From Takakia lepidozioides (Eukaryota > Plantae > Bryophyta): a stretch of DNA of 64,000 nt. Both the position numbers and the translations under genes were made by a program. Positions 52,701 through 63,399 of the stretch are shown here, piece by piece. Position 1 is the stretch's first letter, and each line of letters begins with the position of its first letter. The notes below the pieces were generated by a model that had not been told where the DNA came from, made no database searches, and was given only the letters and a program-made list of their open reading frames with translations. The DNA is taken from contig CM060732.1 of NCBI GenBank assembly GCA_030704615.1, positions 73,098,001 through 73,162,000 on the forward strand, read 5' to 3'.

Positions 52701-55212
52701 GCTCCCAAGATGGCTAAGTCCCTAGGATTGCAGTCACCGAAAACCGATATTTGGCGCCATTTTTCCATTTCTAGGCCCACTCAGATCCGCCCCAACCTGG
52801 GAAAATGGTGCCGAATTTGCAGTTCAGGGACCTCATTGTGTTTTTCATGAATGCAGGTACTGCAAGTTCTCCCTTTTGGAGAAAGGTCATCTGTCTTTCG
52901 AGCCACCATTCTTCCTGGCATGGAGGAACCCTGAGGCTGACTCCATGTTCACTGACGATATTGTGAAGGAGTGGCATCTGGAACATTTGCGTGATTGCCC
53001 TTGGTATGTGGACCTTCCGCCCGGCATGCTCGACCCATCCGAGCTTCAATTGAAGCTGGATGCTGAGGCCCGACGAAACCGGGCTCCGCTGCCTCCGCTG
53101 GGTGCAAAAGAGGCAAAAGCGCTTGCGAACTCCAGGAAAGCGGCAGAGCTTGCTCAGGCAGGAATTCAGGAGAAATTGAATGAGAAGAGTAAAGGCCAAA
53201 GGAAAAGGACAAGGAAACAGGTGAGTACAGTAACACCCAAAAAACAGAAAACCATCGGGGCATCGGAGCAGGCGTAGGAGGGGACCCAAGAGAGTGACTC
53301 GGACGACGACTTTGTTCAAGGTCCTGCAACTGCTGTTGCTGCTACCCAGTCACCGGTCGTCCAGGTTCCCAAGTCAGTTCGGAGTGGGACTGGCTCTGCC
53401 AAGAAGTTGGCATTTGAGGAGGAGCCTACACGGCGGTATTCGGCGGTGACGTTTACGCACAGGCCAAAGCTAGAACCTCCAACCATCATCCAATGCGTCA
53501 ATGAGAGCTTCCTTGACGCTCTCGCTGCCTGGGCGAAGAAGGTGGCACACAGCAAGTCTCTGGCAGAGCAGAAGGGGAAAGCCAAGAAGAGGGCTGCCGG
53601 TACAGAGCCTAAAGACACCCCTAGTTTTGAAGCCATGATGGAATTCTTCACGGCTGTGAGCACGGATTGCAAGAGCACTCGGGGGGGGGGGGGGGGGGGG
53701 GTGAGGTGGAGAGAGCTTGCGACATGATTCTCCTCGACATTCCAGATGGGGAGCTGCTGGAGGGCCTGGATGGTGTGCCCACCTAGAACAGGTTTACTGA
53801 GGACTACTGGAAAGCCGGGTTTGGGCTGGCGGGGATGCTTCTGGATGACGGTGGATGTGTGGTTGTCCTTGCCACAAGAGGGAAGACCACCGAGAATGCG
53901 GTGGCAAGGTGGACACCGAAAAGTGTCACCCCGGTCCTCCTCAGAAAATGGTTCTGCATCAATACACAGGGGTTGCGAACAGAAGGCCAAAGTGCAAGTT
54001 ATCAATCTATTGCATTCACCTCATATTGTGGTGTATCTAAACAAGATCCCGGAGTTGATCCCTATTTTGTTGGATGTGCAGACATTGGTGTTTGAGGCAT
54101 ATTGCTTTGTGAAGAGAGGGTCTACGTTCAAATTCCGCAACGACGGTCGTCTTGTTGATGCCGCTGTGGACCCTGTTACCTACGATGTCCTCTACAACTA
54201 TGTGCCCCACTCCAGTATGCCGAAGGACACAAAGACAGGCAAACCGTGGCGGTACAGCCGGACCCGGAGCCCTGCTTTCATCCAAACCCTCATGGAGACG
54301 TGCTCGGATGTCCAAGGGCGGATTCTGGACCTCACATGCGGCACAGGTAAGCCTTCACGTGCTCAGTTTGTCCCCTGGCCCGATTGCAATTGCATGCCGC
54401 AAGCTATTAACCGCCCGCTTTGTTCCTCAGGTGCTTCAATGTGGGCAGGGATGTTTTTCGACAGGCATGTGTTCGCCTTCGAGCCAGATACTGCCCTCCA
54501 CAACTCGGAACTTGCAGCGGCTGAACGTCTGCCGAAAGAGGAAGAGGCATCCTCGGAGGATGAGGAAAAATCCGAGAAGGAGCAGGGGGAGGAACAAGTT
54601 GGGATCGAGGCCGAGGAGCCCCTGGTGTACGAGTGAGTGGTCGCATTGTAAGTTGCCTCCAGATTTCGTGAGGCACCTCCCTTCGCTCTCTTATTACCCT
54701 TTCTGCTTCTGCTGGTATTGACATTCTTGAAGTGGATTTGTTCATACTATAGGATGCCAAGTACGGCAGGAGGGACGTCTACACCGGAGTTCATGGGCAG
54801 GAGGAACGTGCATTTTTTTGCCAGGGGGGATTTCATGCCTAGTCTAGAAAGGGACTATATCCTTCCTACTTATGCTGCCCGGCTTGCTTCGGTGTCCATT
54901 AGGAGGTGTTCCGAACCTAGTCATGTACAACAGATTTTAGACGAGGCAAGCCTCAAGAAAATGAAGATGAGGGAGGAGGCAGCAGCTATTAGAGCCCGTC
55001 GGGCTCGTAGATTTGTGTTGGATTTTGCTGAGGAAAGTGGGGGAGAAGAGGCAGAAGATTCCCAGGAGGTGAGGTGGACAGTCCCCCAAGGAGAGGACGG
55101 CATTTTTGAGAGGCATACTGCAACCGATGCATCACAAAGCTCGGAGGATGGGGGGGATGAGGGGGATGAGGAAGAAGGAGGGCCAAGTTCCTCGGAAGGT
55201 GTAGGAGAGTAG
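49781..55212 (+). pseudogene. MULE cargo gene: ParB/Srx-like N-terminal domain + beta-class N4C/N6A DNA methyltransferase-like domain + acidic tail
   Basis: Spliced model with in-frame GT-AG introns (50704-50822, 51013-51115, 51922-52856, 54347-54430, 54633-54752, among others). ParB-like IPLCRL..VRP..DIDKL..F ... FYVWDDNHRLLAW. MTase motif IV region CDMILLDIPDG...LLDDGGCVVV; motif X/I SPAFIQTLMETCS..GRILDLTCGTGASMWAG..RHVFAFE. Stops at 50492, 53275 and ~53782; poly-G frameshift at ~53690. Confidence 0.78.
51960..52825. repeat. Intronic tandem repeat: ~6 copies of a ~146-bp unit
   Basis: GCTCCGAAAATGGCTAAGTCCCTAGGGTGGCTGGCCCTGAACTGGAAATTCGGCGCCATTTTT at ~51981, 52116, 52262, 52408, 52553 and 52701. 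Confidence 0.92.
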
Positions 55213-56497
55213 TTCCCATTCCTGCTATGACAGTTAGGACACACTTGTATAGACGTGGCTTGCCACCAAATTTGCAATATTTATTGCATTTCATTGCTAT
55301 GACGAGTCCACATGACCCTATTTCCGTGCCTCCTAACCCTATTTCCGTGGACACAATTCGGCCCGCTCATGTTTTTTTTTTTTTCCGCTCATGCTCATGC
55401 CGCTCATGAAATAGCAGCCCCCGTGTTGGAGGTGTCCAACTTACATGGCGTGTCTGTCTGGCAACGTTACATGACATTTATGTCACTATAGACTTTTGAA
55501 TGGCATGCAGATTTACACATCAGTTCTGCCTTTGGGTACATTGTTAGTTTACATTACATAATTGCCCCAGTGATTTTGTGGGTCTTATATTGGCCAAGCT
55601 CATGTTTATGGACCATTGAATACCAGTGGAGTGCTTTTAAGCTTGGTCCCCACTTATCATGTTTGCATTTTTCCCCAAAAGAATCCGGCAATCCGCGTAG
55701 ATGATGCTCTGGCTGGTTGAATGGGTTCTTTGCGCATATGCATTTTATGGGCAGTTTCTCTTATGCCCCAGATATAACACCATGTGACTCACTTGTAGAG
55801 TCCCCCATTTGTGAATGGCTCAAGCAGGGTGCAGTACATTCAGCAATACAATGCTGCTGCCCTACAGGTGTTCCATGCCTTGCACCACATCATTATTCAC
55901 TGATGTCATCCTGCTACTGTTCTAGCTTGGGGTAGGTCATTGGGAATATGTACATTAGAGAGAACAACATGAGCTGTTATCTCAGTTGTTTTATCATACA
56001 AGAAGCTGAATTCAAATGGTTATATGTCAATGTTCACTGTGGAACCTAGCATGGATACACGAAAATCTGCAAGCTTAATTTTGTTTTCAAGAGATCTCCC
56101 TGGAATGTATGACATATACGATTGAGAGGATGCTTCTGCTATGAGGCTTACCTTCGCAGGAGTAATTGACAGCGAGACTAGTACTTCCCCGCCTCCCCTC
56201 ACCTGACCTGGAATTACGATTTGTGTTCTAGGAATTCGCAGTTCATTGATGCGCCGCCATGCACTCCCCAACCTCGCAACGTTGCCCCATTCCGTTGCTT
56301 GGTTCTTAGGATGGCGGGAGATAGGGGTATATGTCTGCCCTTCCCTCCAATTCTCATACTCGCAAGTTTGTCTCTTCCTCTCTCCTGCTCTCTTCCCACA
56401 AGCGTTGTTTTCTTTCAACACCATTGTTATGCATTCCAAGAGCGTCCTCATGTGCCGTCGACGTCAAACACTTCACACTGCTTCATGGCATCGAAGC

Positions 56498-56773
56498 ATG
56501 GCTGAAATTCAACGAAAACACAAGCTTCGTGATGCTGCACTGCAAGATGAAGCACTACGCATCAGCCGGAATGCCGAAGAGGCCTATGTAGTCGTCCTTC
56601 GTTGGCTGGGAGAGAGCGGGATCCATAGGAGGGAGGCCATCCCTCATTTTTTCTGTCTTTCCGCTTGCAGCAAGAAATTCGCTGCATGTGGGCAGAAGTA
56701 CCCGCATCTCTACGCTTATGCTGCTTGGTACCACCTCCTCAAGCTCCCATGTCCTATTGGTTTCAACCTATGA
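56498..56773 (+). CDS. Small ORF of unknown function in the CACTA-B 3' region (weak F-box-like pattern)
   Basis: MAEIQRKHKLRDAALQDEALRISRNAEEAYVVVLRWL...FFCLSACSKKFAA; open frame. Confidence 0.3.
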   Translation: MAEIQRKHKLRDAALQDEALRISRNAEEAYVVVLRWLGESGIHRREAIPHFFCLSACSKKFAACGQKYPHLYAYAAWYHLLKLPCPIGFNL

Positions 56774-57439
56774 TAATCGTGCATCTCCTTTGCACTTCCA
56801 TTTTGTGTCTGAACTTTGCCTGCAACCTCATTTCAATGCTATTCGCAACTTCGTAACCTGGATCTCTGTTTTCAGCTGGGCCATGTTCTGGCGTGCGATT
56901 GGGTGGATCTGAACAGATCGTATTGCCAAGCTTATATTCCACTACCACATGGCGTTGAGCGCAGGGACGGCATGCACAAGGCGATATGTTAGAGACTGGG
57001 TGGCGTGATTCATTTCTGCTTGGGTGTACTGGATTTCATAGTTTGTTGGTGTTCTTGGTCACTGGTCAGAGACTTTTGTTGAGCAACGTTTTGCATCACT
57101 CTCATGAGTGAATTGAATGATTTGCATGACTATGCCTATCCCCTGAATGCATCATTTGTTCGTCTGTTATTCCGCAGTACGAGGCTTGCTTTTGATGTTG
57201 TCCGCGATCAACAAACACTGAAATGCACGCCACCATTTAAACGTAACGTCACAAACAGAGTGCGGTTCCGGATCGCCTCTCTAGCATGTTGGCTTCACGT
57301 TCCATTGTTCTCCACAAAGCGCAAACGGCCTACTAATCTGCTTCGTGTGCAACCGTTCCCTTCACTTGCATCCCCCGCACCGCAATATCAAAACCACTTA
57401 ACCAATCATATGTAAACACCTCATAAGTTGTTCCATGTC

Positions 57440-57772
57440 ATAGACTCACCATGTCATGATGGCATGTGATGATCTGGCAGAATGCATTAGAGTGGCAGTC
57501 ATGAAGTCATATGTCCGTCTAGTAATATGCACACGTCATTCTAGTATGGGCATGACCCTGACTGGTAGTCATATCCGCCATGGCAATATTCCTGGTCAAA
57601 CTTGTTTGACCCGTGTTCCGCAAAGTTCGGAGTCATACAATCGCATAAACGGCTTCGTCGTGATCTACGTTATGACTTCAAAGGCATTTACGACTGCAAA
57701 TGGCATTTCTGCCACAAATCTGTCGTGACTGCGCACCCATGAGAGTCATAAAAGCCGCAATCTGTTGTAGTG
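57440..57772 (+). mobile_element. CACTA right terminus with subterminal repeats
   Basis: Ends ...TCTGTTGTAGTG (reverse complement CACTACAACAGA) at 57772, preceded by (A)GTCAT/ATGAC motifs. Confidence 0.8.
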
Positions 57773-57954
57773 ATGGCAACCCTCCTACAGATGGATAGTC
57801 AACGGTTTTAAACACAAGACAACTGGATCCCCTCTATGGACAGCCATGTGGCAAGCTTGGTCACAATTGAGACCATTTCTAGCAAAAGCAGAGCCCACAT
57901 CTTACTTCCAAACCCTCAGACAATCACTGTTCCTAAACTCTAACGTTACCACCC

Positions 57955-60903
57955 TGTCATGGTTTTAGTCATGGTTATCTAGAATTACCTACTTCTAGTT
58001 AACTAGGACATTTTAGATATTTATATTTATATTTTGTGTGTTGGGACTTCATTTGGTCTCACATGCCAAGTGAGGTAACGAGCCTCACTTGGGACATGGG
58101 GATAGGTTTTCCCTTTGTGAGGATGGAGGAGGCTCATCTTCTTGTAGTTGAGCCTCCATGAGCCTCTTTCACTTCCATAGCTCTAGGTATTGAGATGGAG
58201 TGTGGTGAGGGCTTTGTAGGGTGGATTCCCTTAGCAAGGGTGCCCTTGGCTTGACTTAGTTTATGTGATTGAGTGGATTCATGAGTGGAGGGTTTCCATT
58301 ATGTTCACTTTCATTATCACTACAAGAAGATGACCTTATGCTTGTGAGTGCGGAGTGTAAGGATAGTTTTGCACTTGTGTTGGTGTACACCAAGGAGTGA
58401 GAGAGCTAGGGAAAGCTCCGGTATCTCACAAAGCTTGTAAGGTGTTGCAAGGGAGAGTGTGTTTACATTGCATCAAGGAGGTGGAGAGCTCAAGGAGAGA
58501 GCTCTTGAGTTACAAGACTTTGCAAGTATTGCAGGGAGAAAGTCTTGTGTGTATGGAAGCAAAGGTTTGAAAGTTTGAGAAAAAGGAGCGTCATCTCCTG
58601 TATCTCAAGTGTTGTGACAATCATTTGCCAAGGAAGTGGCTTCTATGGTGAAAAGAATGCATTGAGGGTTTGTAGAAGCATTATTGTGCACCAAAGGTTT
58701 GAGAGCTTGGAAAAGAGCTCTTGCATCACAAGAGAAGAGTCTTGTATGTGGAGAAGATAGACACTAGGGTTTCAAGAGCAAGCTCTAGTTGTTCATGGTG
58801 TGAAAGAGAAGCCAAAGAGCGGCACATGCTTGGGTTAGAAACACCATAGAAGGAGTACAACAAGGATAGCTTGAGGAGCATTGAGTAGCTCAAGAGAAGC
58901 TAAGAAGTGGTTATTTTATCCATGGTGAAATGAAGCCAAGTGGGGTTTCATTTGGTTGACAAACAAGCAAGCTAAGGCGCTAGAAGGGAGTGCTTTTGCT
59001 AGTCTATGAGTTCTTGGATTGCTCTTGGTGAAGCAAGTGGTTGATCAAGCAAGTGGCGCATGTGTGGAGCATGCTCTCCAAGTGCGGCTTCCAACTTCAA
59101 GCTTGAGGAGAGCGAGAAGGTGAAGGGAACAAGTCATTCTTTTGTGTATGAGGTGATGCTTATGTGGAGCATGTTTTCAGCCCAATGAGGCTTCTATTTT
59201 CAAGCCTTGGAGAGCAAGCAGAAAGAAAAATGGCTGGTTTCCACTTAGGTGAAGGAAAAGCACTTGTAGAGCACATGTTTGAGTTGGGGTTTCAACCTTA
59301 AGCTTGAGGAGAGCACGACTCTTGAGCTAGCAAGTGAAGGGACTTGAACCTTCCTCTTTGCATGAGATGGAGATGTATTGATGCTTGGAGAAGCAACACA
59401 TAGAAGCCAAGAATGGAGCATGTGTGTGGATGACCAAAGGAGAGCACATGAATGAGTGCAAGACTTGGTTGCTTGTCAAATGAGGTAAAAAGATTGATTC
59501 TTGAGCTCCAAAGAGAAGTGAAGCTTGTTGTGTGGCAAATGCATTGCTAGGTGAGATGGAATCAAGCTTGGTTGTGGCATGAGGTGAAGAAGATCAAGGT
59601 AGTTTGCCTTGGTATCTCATAGAAGTCATGGATGCTTGAGGAGAGCAAGCATGAAGCTCAAGGAAGCCCAAACCCTAGCTCGGAATGCACAAACCCTAGC
59701 ATGGGATGCACAAACCCTAGCATGAGATGCACATGAAACCCTAGGTTCATGGGAACAGTCACCAAAGTGTGGGAACGGTCACCAAGGTGTGGGAACGGTC
59801 ACTATAGGTTGGGAACATAGTGACATATAAAGACAATATAGGGCTTTTGGAGGATTTTCAAGGACCTTTTGAAGTATTGTTTGGGGGATCTTTGGGGTCC
59901 TTTGGGGAGCTTTTGTAAGGCAATTTGAAGAGCTCTTGAAGAGGTATTTGGATGACTATTTGGAGGCGTATTTGCGGTCCTTGAAGGCCAAGTTTTGGCA
60001 AGTTTTTGGAGCCTTGGAAGGCTATGTGGAGGACCATTTGGGTCTTTGAAGGCCAAGTTTTGGCAAGTTTTTGGAGCCTTTGGAAGGCTATGTGGAGGAC
60101 CATTTGGGGACGTTGAAGGCCAATATTTGTCAAGTTTTTGGAGCCTTTGGAAGGCTGTTTGGAGGGCTGTTTTGGGGTCCTTGGAGGCTGATATTTGGCG
60201 AGCTTGAGGAGTCTTTGGCGACTTGTTGAAGGACTATTTGGGGTCCTTGAGCCCCAAGATTTGACAGGCTCTTGGGGCCTTGGTGTACTGTTTGGAGTAC
60301 CATTGTCCAAGCTTTGGGAGTCTTAGTGAGATTGTTTGAGAGACATCTTGAGGGATCTTAGAGAGTTATTTGAGAGATCCTTGAAAGGTCTTGTCTATTG
60401 CTTAAGCAAGAGAGTGTGGAAATAGGGTAGTGAGATGAGAGCATGCTGTGATAGGAATTGCTTTAGTCTCTCTTCCTTGTAGTCTTCCACCCTCTCTGTA
60501 GGCCAAAACCTTTCTGTAGGTGGAGGCAAGAGTCAGTCCGGGTTTGGGCTGGGGTGTCTTGCTGGAGCGACACTGTGGAGTGTTTTTGGTGTGGGGGAGT
60601 TATTGTTTTGATTTTCTTGTGCTTGGATCCCCTCCACACCTGCATGTTTGACTGTGCGCCATGTTAGTTTTGTGTGGGCGCTTGTTTTCATAGGAGGTTG
60701 GTCTGGATTTGATCACCGGTCAATCCTAGAGCGTGTTGTCGATGGTGAGGCTGGGGTGATGACCAGTCAGACCATCATTGTTCTCTTATGGTGAGGCTGG
60801 GTTGATGACCGACAGACCATAGGAGTGCTTGCGGTGGATGCATGTGCAGGTATAGGTCTACATTAGAAACCTATTATTCTTGCTTGAACCAGTAGCCGCA
60901 ACA
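57955..60903 (+). repeat. Putative ~2.95-kb 5' LTR of the DNMT-bearing gypsy element, with internal tandem repeats
   Basis: Starts TGTCATGG and ends GCCGCAACA just before gag. Contains AAACCCTAG x4 (59670-59745), GGGAACGGTCAC repeats and ~60-bp repeats (59980-60150). Partner LTR is outside the window. Confidence 0.5.
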
Positions 60904-60986
60904 GGTTCTCTACCCGGTTACCTTGTACAAAGTGGGGATTAGAGACAGGTTGACAACCGGTTGGGTTGTGAGTTTTCATCACGGAG

Positions 60987-63060
60987 GTGCCACCAGTTGT
61001 TGAGGGGAGTGCCGGTACGAGCACCAGCGAAACTAGTGGGTACACAAGACAAGGTGTGCGGTTTAGGCCACCTTCACCTTTAGTGTCTTCTGATGAAGGT
61101 TCAGACTCAGAGTTAGGAGGATTCTCGCCGCAAGCCATTTCCGTGCCATTGTTGTGGGATACGATGGAGGAAATGTATGGAACTACTAAGGGGCCACGTC
61201 GGTACTCTGGAGCTGTGGGCACCATCGAGCTTGATGATTTCATACATGAGTTTGATAGTTGGTGTGATTTGCAGCAGATGCGCAATCCACAACTGTTTAC
61301 GCCTTTTATGGCGTGGAAGGGGTTGTTTCAGCACCTTGAGGGGCCGCCTATGGATGACTATCATGAGTTTAGGCGGGGAAATGAGGTGGAGATTGAGGAG
61401 TGGTATTGGTCACCTGACTATGTCTCCATCACTAGAGGCACAAGGGCAGCGGCGACACCAGCAGCTACACAAACATCTCCAACTGCAAGCACTAGTAGTG
61501 GGACAAGTGGTACAAGAGCTGGGAAATCCACTCAAGCTCATGCTGCAGCACCAGCACCCGTGCCTGCCTTTAACCCTGTTGTGGAGTTCTTCGAGGAGTT
61601 GAGGAGAAACTACCAAGGGATAAGGACAGAGAAGTTGTGGAGCTTGCAAGAGTTCCAACGAAGGTCTACTGAGAGTTTGAGGGAGGCTTACACCCGCATG
61701 AGGCGCTTGATAAACGTAACCTAAGGGGTTACAGAAGCTCAGGCAGTCCAATTCTGGTATGGGATCCTGGACAAGGAGCTGAGGAGAAAGGTGTGGGATG
61801 CAACTCTCCTACAAGTGGACCAACCCACCTTAGCAAATGAGTTTTTGCTAGCAGAGCGGATATAGCTCAATATGGTGGAGGAGCAAGTGGTCTGGGTAGG
61901 GTTTGGCAAGGAGAGACACAACGAAGTGGGGCTCCTAGCCAACAACAACCACTATCCCAACATGTTCAAGGCAACAAGGAGGCTCAGGTGAAGCCGAAGG
62001 AAGGACAGAGATGATCTCAGATGCAAAGGTTTCTTCCTTCATTCTCAGGCCAACAACAGTCGGGTGTGACTTGTTGGGATTGTGGAGGACCCCATGTCAA
62101 GAAGGATTGCCCGGAGAGAGGCAAAGGGTCGGCACAGGCACAGCTGCTCCTGAGCCAAGAGGAGCAGATGTGGATTTTGACCCACAAAGGGGGGAAGCAA
62201 GTCAACAGCCAAGGCTTCCACAATCTTTCACATTGACTGAGACAGTGCCAACTATGCCATCGATGGCACCCGCTTGCCCAAGTGTGTCGGATGTAGAGCC
62301 ACGAGTGCTATTGGGGAGAGTTGGTGTGGCTCGGGAAATGCCAGTGGGTGGTGCTGCAAAGCAAGGTGCAGCTAGTACATTGTTGGGGGTGGCTACGGCG
62401 GTTTGCCAAGCTCCATTGTTTTCTACAATGACCATTGCAATGCAGATTCGACCAGCGGCTATGTTCAGACTAGCAACTAGACTCCGTGAGAGTGCAGATG
62501 CATTGGCACTGTCTGCGGAGATAGCAGATAAGGTATAGTCTCTGGATGCTTTGGATTCGAGGGTAAAGTCAGCCACAGCTGCGTCATGGCAAGCGGCAGC
62601 TGCAAGGTTGCAGGAGTTGCCAGCTAGGCCAGCCATTGAGCGCAGCATGGTGACTCCTGGGGTAGTCTTGGTGGACAATCAGGATGGAGTGTTTCAATTG
62701 GGTGCCCAATCGGGAGGAGGTATAGGCCACTACGGGTCTTGTTGGACTCGGGAGCACAGCCATTGATGTTGGGGAGAGCAGCAATTGCAGGCTTAGGCCT
62801 TACAAAGGCGGATTTGGAGCCTTGCCCTTTCCAAATTCAAACATCTTGGGTGGTTCAGAGAAGGCGCGAGGGATTACACGCCATGAGCTCTGCATTTGAT
62901 TGCAGCCGGATCATCCTACGGACAGCTCAGTCATGAGAGCTAAAGCCATTGTTACGGACGCGATGTCCTATGATGTGCTTGTTGGTGGGGCTGTGTTGTA
63001 CCCTATGGGCTTTACTTTGGACTTTTGGGAGGAAACGGCATCCTATAGGCCGGAATGGCA
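60987..63060 (+). pseudogene. gag + aspartic protease of the second Ty3/gypsy element
   Basis: RYSG..LDDFIHEFDSWC, ESLREAYTRMRRL, zinc knuckle CWDCGGPHVKKDC, protease LLDSGAQPLMLG...YDVLVGG. Confidence 0.8.
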
Positions 63061-63399
63061 GTCAAGGGATGGTCGACGTGCACTGCTCCCAGTGCGGTTT
63101 ATTGGAAATGTAGCGGTGGATCATAGGAACATGATGCCCACATTGGCTGTATTCTCAAAGGTGGTGGCTTGGGGTGGTGACCTCTTGGAGGGCAATAGTC
63201 ATGCAGATGATAGGCCACCACCCGATGAGGACAAACAATTGGCATACAAGGCTGATTTGCTTCCTTATGTGCCTGTTCATATTCCACTATGGGGTACAGT
63301 TGGGAATTTGCATCGAGTAGCAGGCGAGTGTGTGCACCAAGCATGGTAGGAGACCTATCCATTGGTGAGTGAGGGGAATTCAGTGACATCACCTGGACC

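Larger units (their letters stand above)
43839..55422. mobile_element. Mutator-like (MULE) DNA transposon, 11.6 kb, nested in the 3' region of CACTA-B
   Basis: 9-bp TSD GTGTTGGAG at 43830-43838 and 55423-55431. Imperfect TIRs GAGGTTAGCTATTTCATGAGC... and ...GCTCATGAAATAGCAGCCCCC, with CATGAGCGG subrepeats. Encodes a MULE DDE transposase. Confidence 0.92.

Noticed and set aside
53681-53701. Poly-G tract as a programmed frameshift switch
   Set aside because: A homopolymer expansion or sequencing error is more parsimonious, and the gene has other stops.
17991-57772. Pairing the 17991 or 18164 TAGTG with 57772 as proven termini of CACTA-B
   Set aside because: The TIR match is at most 7 bp and no 3-bp TSD is recovered after reinversion, so the left end remains unconfirmed.
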